A DNA stretch of 64,000 bases from an uncultured Pelagibacteraceae bacterium (lineage in GTDB: Bacteria; Pseudomonadota; Alphaproteobacteria; Pelagibacterales; Pelagibacteraceae), in assembly GCA_902616875.1 (NCBI GenBank), contig CACMUH010000002.1, positions 10,502 to 74,501 of the forward strand, written 5' to 3'. Positions 20,134 to 31,583 of this stretch are shown here, one piece after another. The notes under the pieces were generated by a model. It ran no database searches. It was not told the DNA's origin and was given only the letters and a program-made list of their open reading frames with translations. Within the stretch, counting starts at the first letter, position 1. Each line of letters opens with the position of its first letter. Both the position numbers and the translations under genes were made by a program.

Positions 20134-21575
20134 TGTCTAATATTAATTTTTTAAAACCTGATAGAACTAATCTTAATACTTTTTTGTATCTTGGTTCTTT
20201 TTTGTTTTTTATAAGTATTTTAGATGTTTTTCTAAATTCATTTTTTAGATTAAATTTAACTGGTTTTTTACCTAATTTTTTAAGTTTCTTACTACCTCTA
20301 ATACTTGGTTTTGTTGGTCTTTATTTTATTCGAATAGAGTACAGCGGAATAAAAAATTTAGACCTCTTAAACAAACATATTAATACAAATAATTTTAATG
20401 CTGTTTTATCATTATTGATAATATTTATAATCATCAAATCTCTACCACCTATATTAAGCTGGTTTGTTATTGATGCTAGTTTTGCAGGAGACACAAAAGA
20501 TGTTTGTACAGGCTCTGGTGCATGCTGGACGTATATTAAGGTTTGGATGAGAAGATTTATGTATGGAATGTATCCAAATGCAGAACAATGGAGAATTAAT
20601 TTATCATTTGTAGCTTTAGTCTTACTTGGTTCTGTTGGATATTTTGCGACTGATAAATTTAAGAAATATTTGACACTATATTATGTCGTTATTTATCCTT
20701 TAATTGCATTCCTATTTATCTTCTTTTTTATTTCAGGTGGCCCTGTTTTTTTTGACTTTTCTTACGGAATTATTGCTGCAATTTTATCTATCATCATTGG
20801 TTTTTTTATTCCAAGTAAATTTAAATTTTATTACTTTTTAATAGTTCCTTTAGCACTTTATGTAATTTTAAAATATTTTCTTTTTTTTGAAGAATACATT
20901 GAACTTGGAAAATTAGATGGTTTAAATTGGGTTGAAACCGGTGCTTGGGGAGGTCTGTCGCTAACATTTATTATTTCTTTTTTCTGTCTTATTTTTTGTT
21001 TTCCAATCGGAATGGCTTTTGCTCTTGGTAGAAGATCAGAATTTCCATTAATTAGATATATATCAGTCGGTTTTATTGAATTTTGGAGAGGTGTTCCATT
21101 AATAACAGTTTTATTTATGTCTGCCGTAATGTTTCCGATGTTTTTACCAGAAGACTTTTTCATTGATAAATTAGTAAGAGCCATAATTGCAATTTCTTTA
21201 TTTGAAGCTGCGTATGTTGCGGAAGTTATCAGAGGTGGTTTGCAAGCTTTACCAAGGGGTCAATATGAAGCTGCGAAATCATTAGGTATGGGTTATTGGA
21301 AAATGCATATTTTCGTAATTTTACCACAAGCTCTTAAATTAGTAATACCAGGAATAGCAAATACTTTCTTAGCACTAGTAAAAGATACTCCATTAATATT
21401 TGTTGTCGGATTATTAGAAATAGTTGGAATGTTAAATTTAGCTAAAACAAATCCGAAATGGTTAGGATTTGCTATGGAAGGGTATGTATTTGCTGCTATA
21501 ATTTTCTGGATTATTTGTTATGCAATGAGTAAATATAGTTATAATCTAGAACAAAAATATAAAACCGATAGATAA
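20133..21575 (+). CDS. aapM: Amino acid ABC transporter permease (AapM/YhdY), extended
   Basis: GACW, WGGL, RGVPLI, GQYEAA, KDT motifs. Confidence 0.9.
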   Translation: MSNINFLKPDRTNLNTFLYLGSFLFFISILDVFLNSFFRLNLTGFLPNFLSFLLPLILGFVGLYFIRIEYSGIKNLDLLNKHINTNNFNAVLSLLIIFIIIKSLPPILSWFVIDASFAGDTKDVCTGSGACWTYIKVWMRRFMYGMYPNAEQWRINLSFVALVLLGSVGYFATDKFKKYLTLYYVVIYPLIAFLFIFFFISGGPVFFDFSYGIIAAILSIIIGFFIPSKFKFYYFLIVPLALYVILKYFLFFEEYIELGKLDGLNWVETGAWGGLSLTFIISFFCLIFCFPIGMAFALGRRSEFPLIRYISVGFIEFWRGVPLITVLFMSAVMFPMFLPEDFFIDKLVRAIIAISLFEAAYVAEVIRGGLQALPRGQYEAAKSLGMGYWKMHIFVILPQALKLVIPGIANTFLALVKDTPLIFVVGLLEIVGMLNLAKTNPKWLGFAMEGYVFAAIIFWIICYAMSKYSYNLEQKYKTDR

Positions 21576-21581
21576 AAATTT

Positions 21582-22316
21582 ATGTCAGATAGTATTATTC
21601 AAATAAGTAATATGAATAAGTGGTTTGGAGATTTTCAAGTTTTAAAAGGAATAAATTTAGAAGTTAAACCAAAAGAAAAAATTGTTGTTTGTGGTCCATC
21701 TGGATCAGGAAAGTCTACGTTAATTAGATGTATTAATAGATTAGAAGAACATCAAGAAGGTAATATTGTCGTTGATGGAACCGAATTAACAGAGGATACA
21801 AAAAATATTGAACAAATTAGAGCTGAAGTTGGAATGGTATTTCAACAATTTAATTTGTTTCCTCACTTATCTATTTTGGATAACTGCACATTAGCTCCTA
21901 TTTGGGTTAAAAAAATGCCCAAAAAAGAGGCAGAAGAATTAGCATTAAAACATCTAGAAAGAGTGCAAATTCTTGATCAAGCACAAAAATATCCAGGTCA
22001 ATTATCTGGGGGACAACAACAAAGAGCTGCTATTGCAAGAGCTTTATGTATGGAGCCAAAAATAATGCTTTTTGATGAACCCACATCAGCCTTAGACCCT
22101 GAAATGATTAAAGAAGTGTTAGATGTTATGGTTAATTTAGCAAAACAAGGAATGACTATGATTGTAGTTACACATGAAATGGGTTTTGCAAAAGAAGTTG
22201 CAGATCAAATGATATTTATGGATGAAGGAATGATAGTAGAAAAAGCTGATACCAAAGAATTTTTTGCTAATCCAAAGAGTGATAGAACCAAACTTTTCCT
22301 CAGCCAGATACTATAG
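21582..22316 (+). CDS. aapP: Amino acid ABC transporter ATPase (AapP/YhdZ)
   Basis: [27 protein letters not shown]. Confidence 0.94.
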   Translation: MSDSIIQISNMNKWFGDFQVLKGINLEVKPKEKIVVCGPSGSGKSTLIRCINRLEEHQEGNIVVDGTELTEDTKNIEQIRAEVGMVFQQFNLFPHLSILDNCTLAPIWVKKMPKKEAEELALKHLERVQILDQAQKYPGQLSGGQQQRAAIARALCMEPKIMLFDEPTSALDPEMIKEVLDVMVNLAKQGMTMIVVTHEMGFAKEVADQMIFMDEGMIVEKADTKEFFANPKSDRTKLFLSQIL

Positions 22317-22478
22317 TTCAAGCTAATTTCAAGAAATATTTCTCAAATTATAGCTGAAGTAATGCTTGACATATTTCCCCTAATACGGGTTTTTAGGCAA
22401 AAAAAATAAAAATTTATTGTTGCAGTAGGTATTAAAAACTAGTTCAATTAGTTTTTTAAAAAATTAAGAGGGGTCTTA

Positions 22479-22850
22479 ATGGAAGATAATTTTAATAAGC
22501 ATTTAGGCAACAAGCTTAAGCTTAGAAGACTAGCACTAGGTTTAACTCAAACTAAAGTAGCAAAAGCAATCAACGTCACATTTCAACAAATTCAAAAATA
22601 TGAAAAAGGCACTAATGGAGTAAGTTCAATAAGGTTATTACAATTATCGAACTATCTTAAAGTACCAATTAATTATTTTTTTGAAGATTTTTCAGAATAT
22701 CTTATAAATTTAGAGAAATCACAAGAAGGTCATATGAATGTAAATTATAACTTTTTAGTGAAATTATATTCTGAACTAAATGCTGATCAAAAATTAAAGT
22801 TTAATAAATCATTACAGGTGGGAAGTAACAATATTTCAAAGGTTGGATAA
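22479..22850 (+). CDS. XRE-family HTH transcriptional regulator
   Basis: GLTQTKVA...VTFQQIQKYEKGTN HTH_3 signature; GAGGGG RBS. Confidence 0.9.
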   Translation: MEDNFNKHLGNKLKLRRLALGLTQTKVAKAINVTFQQIQKYEKGTNGVSSIRLLQLSNYLKVPINYFFEDFSEYLINLEKSQEGHMNVNYNFLVKLYSELNADQKLKFNKSLQVGSNNISKVG

Positions 22851-22854
22851 TTTT

Positions 22855-22930
22855 TGGCTCCTCGGGCAGGACTCGAACCTGCGACCAATTGATTAACAGT
22901 CAACTGCTCTACCAACTGAGCTACCGAGGA
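22855..22930 (-). tRNA. tRNA-Asn(GTT)
   Basis: Reverse complement TCCTCGGTAGCTCAG...GTTGA-CT-GTT-AA-TCAAT...GGTTCGAGTCC...CGAGGAGCCA. Confidence 0.97.
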
Positions 22931-22980
22931 ATATTAAAATCTCAACTTACTTTTTTTTTTCACTAAAACAAGATTTTTTT

Positions 22981-23054
22981 TGGAGGCAACGCCCGGAATC
23001 GAACCGGGATACAAGGATTTGCAATCCTCTGCGTAACCATTCCGCCACGTTGCC
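22981..23054 (-). tRNA. tRNA-Cys(GCA)
   Basis: Reverse complement GGCAACGTGGCGGAATGG...GAGGA-TT-GCA-AA-TCCTT...GGTTCGATTCC...CGTTGCCTCCA. Confidence 0.97.
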
Positions 23055-23175
23055 ATATGTTTTAGAAGATAGCTACATTGAGTTTTATATAAAATATTTG
23101 CAATTAGTCTATTAAATAACGTTCCAATTTGATTATTGTTAATTTAGATTATTAAATTATAAACTAATAACACCC

Positions 23176-25803
23176 ATGATAAGCGATAAATATATACATT
23201 CAAAAGTTGAAGATAAAATTTATGGTTATTGGGAAAAAAACAAATTATTTAAACCGCAAAAAAATTCAAAAAAATTTTCAATTGTAATTCCACCACCCAA
23301 TGTAACTGGCAGTTTACATATGGGTCATGCTTTAAATAATTCAATTCAAGATTTATTAGTTCGTTATTATCGTATGAATAATTACGAAACATTATGGCAA
23401 CCTGGAACTGATCATGCAGGTATAGCCACTCAAGCACTTGTAGAGAGAAAATTAGAAAAAGAAAATTTAAGTAAAATTGACCTTGGTAGAGAAAAATTTA
23501 TAGAAAAAGTATGGGAATGGAAAAATGAATATGGAGACATCATTATCAACCAACTAAAAAAATTAGGATGTTCTTGTGATTGGTCAAGAAATGCATTCAC
23601 TATGGATGAAAATTTATCAAAATCAGTCATTAAGGTTTTTGTAGAATTACATAAAAAAAAATTGATTTATAAGGCTGAAAAACTTGTAAATTGGGACACT
23701 GTTTTAAAAACCGCGATTTCAGATTTGGAAGTAGATCAAAGAGAGATGAATTCTAAGATTTACTATATTAGATACCCAATAGATAATTCGTCAGATTTTA
23801 TCACTATTGCTACAACGAGGCCTGAGACAATGCTAGGGGATACTGCGATTGCGGTAAATCCGAAGGATAAAAGATATAAAAATCATGTTGGCAAAACTGT
23901 CACAATACCAATCGTAGGTAGAAAAATAAAAATTATTAAAGATAATTATGCTGATCCGGAGCAGGGAACTGGAGCACTTAAGATCACGCCAGCACATGAT
24001 TTTAATGATTATGATGTTGGTCAAAGAAATAAATTAGAAATAATTAATGTTTTTACGGAAGAAGGAAAAATAAATGATAATGCTCCAAAAGATTATATTG
24101 GCTTAGATAGGTTTGATGCCCGTAAAAAAATATTAAATGAATTAAAAGAAAAAGACTTTTTTGTAAAAGAAGAAAATATCAAAAATAAAGTTCCATATGG
24201 TGATAGATCGAATTCAGTAATTGAACCTTTTTTAACAGAGCAATGGTTTGTTGATGCAAAGAAATTAGCAATCAAAGCTAAAAAAATTGTTAAGACAAAA
24301 AAAACAAATTTCTTTCCAACCAACTGGTCTAAAACTTATTTTCAGTGGATGAATAATATTGAGCCATGGTGTATTTCACGACAATTATGGTGGGGACATC
24401 AAATACCAGCTTGGTATGGACCTGATCAAAAAATTTTTGTTGCGATCAATGAAAATGATGCAATTAAACAAGCAAAAAAACATTATAAAAAAGATGTGAA
24501 ACTTACTAGAGATCCTGATGTTTTAGATACATGGTTTTCTTCAGGATTATGGCCATTCGCAACTTTAGGTTGGCCTGAAAAAAAAGATTACGTAAAGAAA
24601 TTTTACCCAACAACAGTTTTAGTAACAGGTTTTGATATTATTTTTTTCTGGGTAGCTAGAATGATTATGTTCGGTATGGAATTTTTAAATAAAGAACCAT
24701 TCAAAGATATTTATGTTCATGCGTTAGTTAGAGATGAAAAAGGACAAAAAATGTCTAAGTCAAAAGGAAACGTTATTGATCCATTAGATTTAATTGAAAA
24801 ATATAGCGCTGATGCATTACGTTTTACTTTACTTTCTATGGCGTCTCCAGGAACTGACGTTAAACTTTCAGAAGATAGAGTAAAAGGATATAGAAACTTT
24901 TTAAATAAATTATGGAATGCTAATAATTTTTTAATCACTAATAAATGTGATTTTAAAAAAACCAATAAAGTTCCAAAAATCACATTAAATATCAATAAAT
25001 GGATCTATTCTGAGTTAATAGAAACTAAAAATAAAATTCAAAAAAATATTGAGGATTATCGATTTGATGAGGCGGCAAAAAATGCCTATCAATTTGCATG
25101 GCACTCATATTGTGATTGGTATATTGAGTTGTCTAAAACCATTCTGTACTCAGAGGATAAAAAGGCAAAAACAGAGGTAAAAGAAGTTTCTGCTTATGTT
25201 TTTAAGCAAATATTGGTTATGCTTCATCCTTTTATACCATTTGTAACCGAGGAAATTTGGTTAAAGAACAAATTTGATGAGTCTAATAAAAATTTCCTTA
25301 TGTATAAAAATTGGCCTTCTGGAAAAATCAAAAAAGACCAATCTCTTAAAGAAGTTGAAAAAATTATTAAAATTATCTCTGAATTAAGATCATTTAAAAA
25401 TGAATTAAATGTCAGCCCTGGTTCATTTGTAGATGTTGCAATTAATAAAATTGCTAAAAAAAACAAATTATTAGTTAATAATAATGATATTATTTTAAAA
25501 AAACTGGGTCGTATCAACAATTTTTTTGATAAAGAACAGGATAAACCCTCTGCTACACTTGTCATTTCTGGGGACATTTTTAAGATTTATTTTGATGAAA
25601 ATGTTGATCTTAATTTGATTAAAGAAAACTTACAAAAACGTCAGAACAAATATCAAGACGAACTAGATAAGATTTCTCAACGATTATCCAATAAAGGCTT
25701 TACAGATAGAGCACCAAAAAATATTGTTGAACAAGAAAAAACTAACTATAGTAGTCTTAAAGATAATATCAAAAAAATATCTTTAACTATTGAGAGTTTA
25801 TAA
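23176..25803 (+). CDS. valS: Valyl-tRNA synthetase
   Basis: [38 protein letters not shown]. Confidence 0.98.
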   Translation: MISDKYIHSKVEDKIYGYWEKNKLFKPQKNSKKFSIVIPPPNVTGSLHMGHALNNSIQDLLVRYYRMNNYETLWQPGTDHAGIATQALVERKLEKENLSKIDLGREKFIEKVWEWKNEYGDIIINQLKKLGCSCDWSRNAFTMDENLSKSVIKVFVELHKKKLIYKAEKLVNWDTVLKTAISDLEVDQREMNSKIYYIRYPIDNSSDFITIATTRPETMLGDTAIAVNPKDKRYKNHVGKTVTIPIVGRKIKIIKDNYADPEQGTGALKITPAHDFNDYDVGQRNKLEIINVFTEEGKINDNAPKDYIGLDRFDARKKILNELKEKDFFVKEENIKNKVPYGDRSNSVIEPFLTEQWFVDAKKLAIKAKKIVKTKKTNFFPTNWSKTYFQWMNNIEPWCISRQLWWGHQIPAWYGPDQKIFVAINENDAIKQAKKHYKKDVKLTRDPDVLDTWFSSGLWPFATLGWPEKKDYVKKFYPTTVLVTGFDIIFFWVARMIMFGMEFLNKEPFKDIYVHALVRDEKGQKMSKSKGNVIDPLDLIEKYSADALRFTLLSMASPGTDVKLSEDRVKGYRNFLNKLWNANNFLITNKCDFKKTNKVPKITLNINKWIYSELIETKNKIQKNIEDYRFDEAAKNAYQFAWHSYCDWYIELSKTILYSEDKKAKTEVKEVSAYVFKQILVMLHPFIPFVTEEIWLKNKFDESNKNFLMYKNWPSGKIKKDQSLKEVEKIIKIISELRSFKNELNVSPGSFVDVAINKIAKKNKLLVNNNDIILKKLGRINNFFDKEQDKPSATLVISGDIFKIYFDENVDLNLIKENLQKRQNKYQDELDKISQRLSNKGFTDRAPKNIVEQEKTNYSSLKDNIKKISLTIESL

Positions 25804-27521
25804 TGCGGAAATTTAATAAAAAAAAATTACCTAGTAGACATACATCCTTAGGTCCAGATAGAGCACCTCATAGATCTTTTTATTATGCAATGGGTGAAAC
25901 TGAAAAAGATGTATCAAAACCATTTATAGGAGTTGTATCAACTTGGAATGAAGCTGCTCCGTGCAACATTGCCCTTATGCGACAAGCGCAATCAGTGAAA
26001 AAGGGGGTTAGAGCATCAGGTGGTACACCAAGAGAATTTTGCACAATTACGGTTACTGATGGTATTGCCATGGGTCATGAAGGAATGAAATCGTCTTTAA
26101 TTTCAAGAGAAGTCATTGCTGATAGTGCTGAATTAACTGTAAGAGGTCATTGTTATGATGCATTAGTAGGTATCGCAGGTTGTGATAAATCTTTACCAGG
26201 ATTAATGATGTCTATGGTTAGATTAAATGTACCAAGTGTATTTATATATGGCGGTTCAATCCTTCCGGGAAAATATAAAGGTAAAGATGTAACTGTAGTT
26301 GATGTTTTTGAAGCGGTTGGAAAACATTCATCAGGTCAAATGTCTGCTAAAGAATTAAGAAAATTAGAATTAGTAGCTTGTCCTACTGCTGGAGCATGTG
26401 GTGGTCAGTTTACTGCAAATACAATGGCATGTGTTTCAGAAGCAATCGGTTTAGCGTTACCTTATTCAGCAGGAACACCAGCTCCATATGAAGAAAGAGA
26501 TAAGTATGCAAAAGCAAGTGGTCGAATGGTTATGGAATTATTAGCAAAAAAAATTAAACCAAGAAATATTGTTACAAGAAAAGCGTTAGAGAACGCTGCA
26601 ACAATAGTTGCTGCAACAGGGGGTTCAACAAATGCAGCATTACACTTACCAGCAATTGCAAATGAAGCAGGAATTAAATTTGATTTAATGGATGTTGCAA
26701 AAATATTTAAAAGAACACCTTATCTTGCTGATTTAAAACCAGGTGGAAAATATGTTGCTAAAGATATGTGGTTAGCAGGTGGTGTGCCGATGCTTTTAAA
26801 AACTCTTTATGATGGTGGATATATTCATGGAGATTGCATGACCGTTACAGGTAAAACTATGAAAGAAAATTTAAAAGGTATTAAATTTAATCCAAAACAA
26901 AAAGTTTTAAGAGCTTATAACAGACCTTTATCACCAGATGGGGGTGTTGTAGGATTAAAAGGAAATTTAGCTCCAGAAGGTGCAATTGTAAAAATTGCTG
27001 GTCTTAAAAAATTACAATTTACTGGAAGAGCAAGATGTTTTGATAATGAAGAAAGTGCGATGAAAGCAGTTCAAAGCAGAAAATATAAAGATGGTGATGT
27101 AATTATTATTAGATACGAAGGCCCAGTTGGTGGACCAGGTATGAGAGAAATGCTTTCAACAACTGGTGCAATTTATGGTCAAGGTAAAGGCGAGAAAGTT
27201 GCTTTAATCACTGATGGAAGATTTTCTGGCGCAACAAGAGGATTTTGTGTTGGTCACGTAGGTCCAGAGGCAGCTTTAGGAGGACCTATAGCTCTTTTAC
27301 GTAATGGTGATTTAATTGATATTGATGCTAAAAAAGGAACAATTAATGTTCGTTTAACAAGAGCACAATTGGCATCAAGAAAAAGAAAGTGGAAGGCTAA
27401 AAAATCTGATTTTGGCTCAGGCACTCTTTGGAAATATGCACAAACAGTTGGGCCAGCAAGTTTAGGAGCCCCAACTCACCCTGGTAAGAAAAAAGAAGTT
27501 AAGGAATATTCAAAAATTTAA
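25803..27521 (+). CDS. ilvD: Dihydroxy-acid dehydratase
   Basis: [36 protein letters not shown]. Confidence 0.96.
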   Translation: MRKFNKKKLPSRHTSLGPDRAPHRSFYYAMGETEKDVSKPFIGVVSTWNEAAPCNIALMRQAQSVKKGVRASGGTPREFCTITVTDGIAMGHEGMKSSLISREVIADSAELTVRGHCYDALVGIAGCDKSLPGLMMSMVRLNVPSVFIYGGSILPGKYKGKDVTVVDVFEAVGKHSSGQMSAKELRKLELVACPTAGACGGQFTANTMACVSEAIGLALPYSAGTPAPYEERDKYAKASGRMVMELLAKKIKPRNIVTRKALENAATIVAATGGSTNAALHLPAIANEAGIKFDLMDVAKIFKRTPYLADLKPGGKYVAKDMWLAGGVPMLLKTLYDGGYIHGDCMTVTGKTMKENLKGIKFNPKQKVLRAYNRPLSPDGGVVGLKGNLAPEGAIVKIAGLKKLQFTGRARCFDNEESAMKAVQSRKYKDGDVIIIRYEGPVGGPGMREMLSTTGAIYGQGKGEKVALITDGRFSGATRGFCVGHVGPEAALGGPIALLRNGDLIDIDAKKGTINVRLTRAQLASRKRKWKAKKSDFGSGTLWKYAQTVGPASLGAPTHPGKKKEVKEYSKI

Positions 27522-28711
27522 TGAAAATTCGCCCAGTTATTTTATGTGGTGGCGCTGGAACAAGACTTTGGCCAAAAGCTAAAAAACATCAAGCGAAACA
27601 ATTTATTGATTTTGGTAATTGGACTTTATTAGGCAAAACTTTAGAGAGAGTTAAAGCATCTATATATGATGCACCAATTATAAGCACTAATGCAAAATAT
27701 TTACGACAAGTAAAACAACATTTAAAAAAACACAAAATAAGAAAATTCAAGATAGTTTTAGAGCCAGCAAAAAGAAATACTGCACCCGCTATATTAAGTA
27801 CGGCTTTAATTAAAGACATTCCAATCAAACAACCATTAATGTTTTTGGCTGCTGATCATTTGATAGAAAAAGTTGGTTTATTCAATAAAGCTATCAAAAA
27901 AAATCAAAAGAAACTTACTGAAAACAATATCTTTATTTTTGGGATTAAACCCAAAATGCCCTCAAGTGAATTTGGTTATTTTTTAACAAAAAGTAACAAA
28001 GTAACTAGATTTGTAGAAAAACCCAAAAAGGCTAAAGCTAAACAAATAATTAGTAAAAAAGGTTATTGGAATTCTGGAATGTTTTATTTGAGAAAAGACT
28101 CAATAATAAATAATTTTAAGAAATACCAACCAAATATTTATCGAAATTGTAATAAAGCAGTATTAAAAGCAAAATATAAAAGTAATGTATATTATTTAAA
28201 CAAACAATCTTTCACAAAAGCAAAAGCCAAGTCTTTTGACTATGCAATATTAGAAAAAACCAAAGATATAAATGCTATCAAATTAGATATTCCTTGGTCT
28301 GATTTAGGATCTTGGAAAGAAATCTGTAAGATGTACGGAAGAAATAAAAGACATTATTTTAAAAAGAAGAATGTATTTCATAGACCTTGGGGTAGTTATG
28401 TAAATCTATTTAATGGTAAGGAATTCTTAATTAAAGAATTATATGTAAAACCAAAAGGTATATTAAGTCTTCAAAAACATCATCATAGAGCTGAACATTG
28501 GGTAGTTACTCATGGTGAACCTAAAATTACTTTAAATAAGAAATATTTCACTATGAAACCTGATGAAACTATTTTTATTCCACTAGGTGCAATCCATAGA
28601 ATAGAAAATCCCTATAAAAAACCAGTTAAAATAATTGAAGCTCAAGTAGGCTCGATTTTAAAAGAAACAGATATAGTGAGATATCATGATATTTATGGCA
28701 GAGTAAAATAA
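27521..28711 (+). CDS. manC: Mannose-1-phosphate guanylyltransferase / cupin (type II PMI-like) fusion, compact
   Basis: PVILCGGAGTRLWP, EPAKRNTAPA, FVEKP, WNSGMF, SFDYA, WSDLGSW; C-terminal RPWG...LSLQKHHHRAEHW cupin. Confidence 0.88.
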   Translation: MKIRPVILCGGAGTRLWPKAKKHQAKQFIDFGNWTLLGKTLERVKASIYDAPIISTNAKYLRQVKQHLKKHKIRKFKIVLEPAKRNTAPAILSTALIKDIPIKQPLMFLAADHLIEKVGLFNKAIKKNQKKLTENNIFIFGIKPKMPSSEFGYFLTKSNKVTRFVEKPKKAKAKQIISKKGYWNSGMFYLRKDSIINNFKKYQPNIYRNCNKAVLKAKYKSNVYYLNKQSFTKAKAKSFDYAILEKTKDINAIKLDIPWSDLGSWKEICKMYGRNKRHYFKKKNVFHRPWGSYVNLFNGKEFLIKELYVKPKGILSLQKHHHRAEHWVVTHGEPKITLNKKYFTMKPDETIFIPLGAIHRIENPYKKPVKIIEAQVGSILKETDIVRYHDIYGRVK

Positions 28712-29596
28712 TTATTTTACAAGAAAATTCACTTTTTTATTTGATAGATTTAAATGAATTTTTTTATATGAACCAAAATTATCTCCATCAATTTGAACAG
28801 GTATCAAATCATTTCCATCGATAGTAATGTTTTGTGAATAAGTAGTAATAACATTTTTATTTTTACTTAAATCACCATTAAGAATTATTAAAAATATAGA
28901 ATATAATAAATTGATCCTAGTTAAATCCTTAAATATATATGTGACTATTTTATTTTCAAAAATATTTGTTTTATTTATTTTATGATGTCCAGCGTAATAT
29001 TTGGTATTTGAGGATAATATCCAGTCTGCTTGATAAAATTGTCCATCAAAAGTAACATTTAATTTTTTATTATTCATAAATAAGAAATATTGAAAACCTT
29101 TGATACCAAATATAATTTTACCTAGAATCTTTTTAATTTTTGAATTAATTGAATGAACAATTTTTGCATCCCACCCTATACCAGCCATTAAAAAGAAATA
29201 ATTCTCGTTAATTTTTACAAGATTAGAGGATTTATAATTTTTAGAAACCAACACATTTACTATATCATCAACTTTTTTATTCATTGATAATTCAGCTTGA
29301 AGCAAATTTGCAGTGCCAGCAGGAATATAACCTATGGCAAAATCGTCTTTAAAATCAAAATTATTTTTAATTAATTCATTAATTGCAAAAGAAACTGAAC
29401 CATCACCACCAGCTACTATTAGTCGATCATAATTTTTTTGATTAAAATTTTTGAAAATTTTCTTAGCTTGATTTATTGTTTTTGTTTCAAAGTAGTCTAC
29501 AGAAATATTCTCTTTTAACTTAGATAAAATCCTATTTATGAATATAGATTTTCTTCCAGAGGAAGAATTCAAATTATAAATCAAACAACATAACAT
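28712..29596 (-). CDS. Diacylglycerol/lipid kinase family protein (YegS/DgkB-like)
   Basis: AGGDGS, IPAGTANL, GIGWDA, QIDGD motifs. Confidence 0.88.
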   Translation of the reverse strand: MLCCLIYNLNSSSGRKSIFINRILSKLKENISVDYFETKTINQAKKIFKNFNQKNYDRLIVAGGDGSVSFAINELIKNNFDFKDDFAIGYIPAGTANLLQAELSMNKKVDDIVNVLVSKNYKSSNLVKINENYFFLMAGIGWDAKIVHSINSKIKKILGKIIFGIKGFQYFLFMNNKKLNVTFDGQFYQADWILSSNTKYYAGHHKINKTNIFENKIVTYIFKDLTRINLLYSIFLIILNGDLSKNKNVITTYSQNITIDGNDLIPVQIDGDNFGSYKKIHLNLSNKKVNFLVK

Positions 29597-29615
29597 AATT
29601 AATCCTTAAAAAATT

Positions 29616-29633
29616 TTTAACAAATTTGTAACA
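29616..29633 (+). promoter_or_regulatory. Putative Pho box oriented toward plcP
   Basis: TTTAACA-AATT-TGTAACA; 11-bp period, same unit as upstream of pstS. Confidence 0.7.
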
Positions 29634-29662
29634 TTCAAATGAAATAAGAAGTAAATGATTCG

Positions 29663-29680
29663 TGTTACAGTTGTATTAAA
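29663..29680 (-). promoter_or_regulatory. Putative Pho box oriented toward the DAG kinase gene
   Basis: Minus strand TTTAATA-CAAC-TGTAACA; heptamers identical to the first two units of the pstS box. Confidence 0.65.
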
Positions 29681-29694
29681 ATATTGGTCTTTAA

Positions 29695-30507
29695 ATGTCT
29701 AATTTACTTAAATATAAAAGTATATTTATTTCTGATGTTCATTTAGGTACCAAGGGTTGTCAGGCGAAAAAACTTTTAGAGTTTTTTAAAAACTCAAGAT
29801 CCGAAAATCTTTATCTTGTAGGGGACATTATAGATATCTGGGAAATGCAAAAAAGTTTTTTTTGGCCTCAAGAACATAATGATGTAATCCAAAAAATTTT
29901 AAGAAAAGCTAGACATGGTACCAAAGTTTTCTACATAATGGGTAATCATGACGAAATGTTAAGAAAATTTATTCCAATGCATTTTGGTGACATCCATATG
30001 GTTAATAGAGTTATTCATGAAACAAATGCAGGAAAAAAATATGTTGTTGTTCATGGTGATGCTTGGGATGGTGTTATGAAACATGCTAAATGGTTATCCA
30101 AACTTGGATCAATAACCTATAATTTACTATTAAAATTAAATGTAATAATAAATTTTTTTAGAAGATTGAGAGGAAAAGAATATTGGTCTCTTGCAAAATT
30201 TTTAAAGTATAAAGTCAAAAATGCAGTTAAATATATTGGTGAATATGAAAAAACACTTTCAGATTATGCAAAAAGAAAAAAATTTGATGGAATTATTTGT
30301 GGCCACATCCATCATGCTGAGGATAGAGATTTTAATGGGGTCAATTATTTAAATTGTGGAGACTGGGTAGAATCTTGCACTGCATTAGCCGAAAATTACG
30401 ATGGTAGCTTTGAAATATTATATTGGGATAAAATAAGAGAACAATATTTAGACACTCAAGAAATAATTAAACCTATTAAAAATGAAGACTTAAAAAAAGC
30501 TTCGTAA
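29695..30507 (+). CDS. plcP: PlcP-type phospholipase C (metallophosphoesterase) for P-starvation lipid remodelling
   Basis: SDVHLG, VGDIID, GNHD (LpxH has GNRD), HGD, CGHIH, NCGDWVES; next to a GT4 gene and a Pho box. Confidence 0.85.
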   Translation: MSNLLKYKSIFISDVHLGTKGCQAKKLLEFFKNSRSENLYLVGDIIDIWEMQKSFFWPQEHNDVIQKILRKARHGTKVFYIMGNHDEMLRKFIPMHFGDIHMVNRVIHETNAGKKYVVVHGDAWDGVMKHAKWLSKLGSITYNLLLKLNVIINFFRRLRGKEYWSLAKFLKYKVKNAVKYIGEYEKTLSDYAKRKKFDGIICGHIHHAEDRDFNGVNYLNCGDWVESCTALAENYDGSFEILYWDKIREQYLDTQEIIKPIKNEDLKKAS

Positions 30508-30510
30508 TTA

Positions 30511-31518
30511 ATGAAAATTTTAATCGCAACAGATGCATATTTTCCACAAGTAAATGGTGTTGTAAGAACCTTGCATGAAACAGGTAAAATTTTAAAAGAA
30601 CAAGGTCATAGAATAGAATATATCACACCACAATTATTTTTAACTTTTCCGATGCCAAAATATAATGAAATTAGAATATCTATTAATGTTTGGCCAAGAG
30701 TTGGTAGCTTAATAAAGAAAATAAAACCTGATGCAATTCATATAGCTACTGAAGGTCCTATAGGGACTATGGCAAGAAGATATTGTTTGAAGAATAAACT
30801 AAAGTTTACCACAAGTTTTCATACAAGATTTGATAAATATCTTAAGCTTTACTTTCCTATTATACCTGCAAAATGGGCTGAAAAATTCTTAGCAAACTTT
30901 CATAACAAGGCTGAGAGAATCTTAGTAACAACAGAATCTATGAGAAAAGAATTAATCGATATAGGTATAGATAATAATAAAATGATTACTTGGACAAGAG
31001 GAGGCAATCATGGAGCTTTTAAGAGTCCGAAAAAAATTGATTTACCACATAAAAGACCGATTTGGATTTATGTTGGAAGAGTTGCAGTTGAAAAAAACAT
31101 AAGAGCTTTTTTAGAATGTGATTTAGAGGGTACAAAAATGATAATAGGAAAGGGACCTGATTTAAAAAAATTAAAAAAAGAATTTCCTAAAGATATTTTT
31201 TTAGGAGAAAAAACAAACGGTGAATTAGCGTCTCATTTTGCATCTTCCGATGTTTTTGTATTTCCAAGTAAAACAGATACATTTGGAATTGTAGTTTGTG
31301 AGTCTTTAAATTGCGGAACACCTGTAGCTGCTTATCCTGTTCCAGGTCCTAAAGATATATTTGAGGGTTCCAAAATAAATTGTTTAGATAATGATCTTAA
31401 AGTTTCAGCTCATAAAGCTTTGAAAGTTAATAGAAATGATTGTCTTGAATTTGCAAAAAAATTCACTTGGGAAGAAACAGCAAAAATATTTTTTAACAAT
31501 ATTTCACCAAATCATTAG
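30511..31518 (+). CDS. agt: GT4 glycosyltransferase (Agt-like glycolipid synthase)
   Basis: TDAYFPQVNGVVRT, HIATEGPIG, YVGRVAVEKN, FPSKTDTFG; 3 bp after plcP. Confidence 0.82.
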   Translation: MKILIATDAYFPQVNGVVRTLHETGKILKEQGHRIEYITPQLFLTFPMPKYNEIRISINVWPRVGSLIKKIKPDAIHIATEGPIGTMARRYCLKNKLKFTTSFHTRFDKYLKLYFPIIPAKWAEKFLANFHNKAERILVTTESMRKELIDIGIDNNKMITWTRGGNHGAFKSPKKIDLPHKRPIWIYVGRVAVEKNIRAFLECDLEGTKMIIGKGPDLKKLKKEFPKDIFLGEKTNGELASHFASSDVFVFPSKTDTFGIVVCESLNCGTPVAAYPVPGPKDIFEGSKINCLDNDLKVSAHKALKVNRNDCLEFAKKFTWEETAKIFFNNISPNH

Positions 31519-31583
31519 TTAATTTTTCCTTAATTTATTTGCATTAAAAAGTGTAATGATGCAAAATTAAGCCGTCTAAATTT

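Noticed and set aside
22479-23054. XRE regulator next to tRNAs as a prophage or island remnant
   Set aside because: No integrase, no duplicated tRNA 3' end and no phage genes; the TFQQIQKYEKG type is a conserved chromosomal family.
29695-30507. Annotation as LpxH (UDP-2,3-diacylglucosamine hydrolase)
   Set aside because: GNHD instead of GNRD, plus the GT4, DAG kinase and Pho-box context, favours PlcP.
31538-31565. TTTGCAT...ATGCAAA inverted repeat and TGTAATG upstream of phoR as a Pho box
   Set aside because: Only one half-site with no 11-bp partner; the repeat is short and AT-rich.
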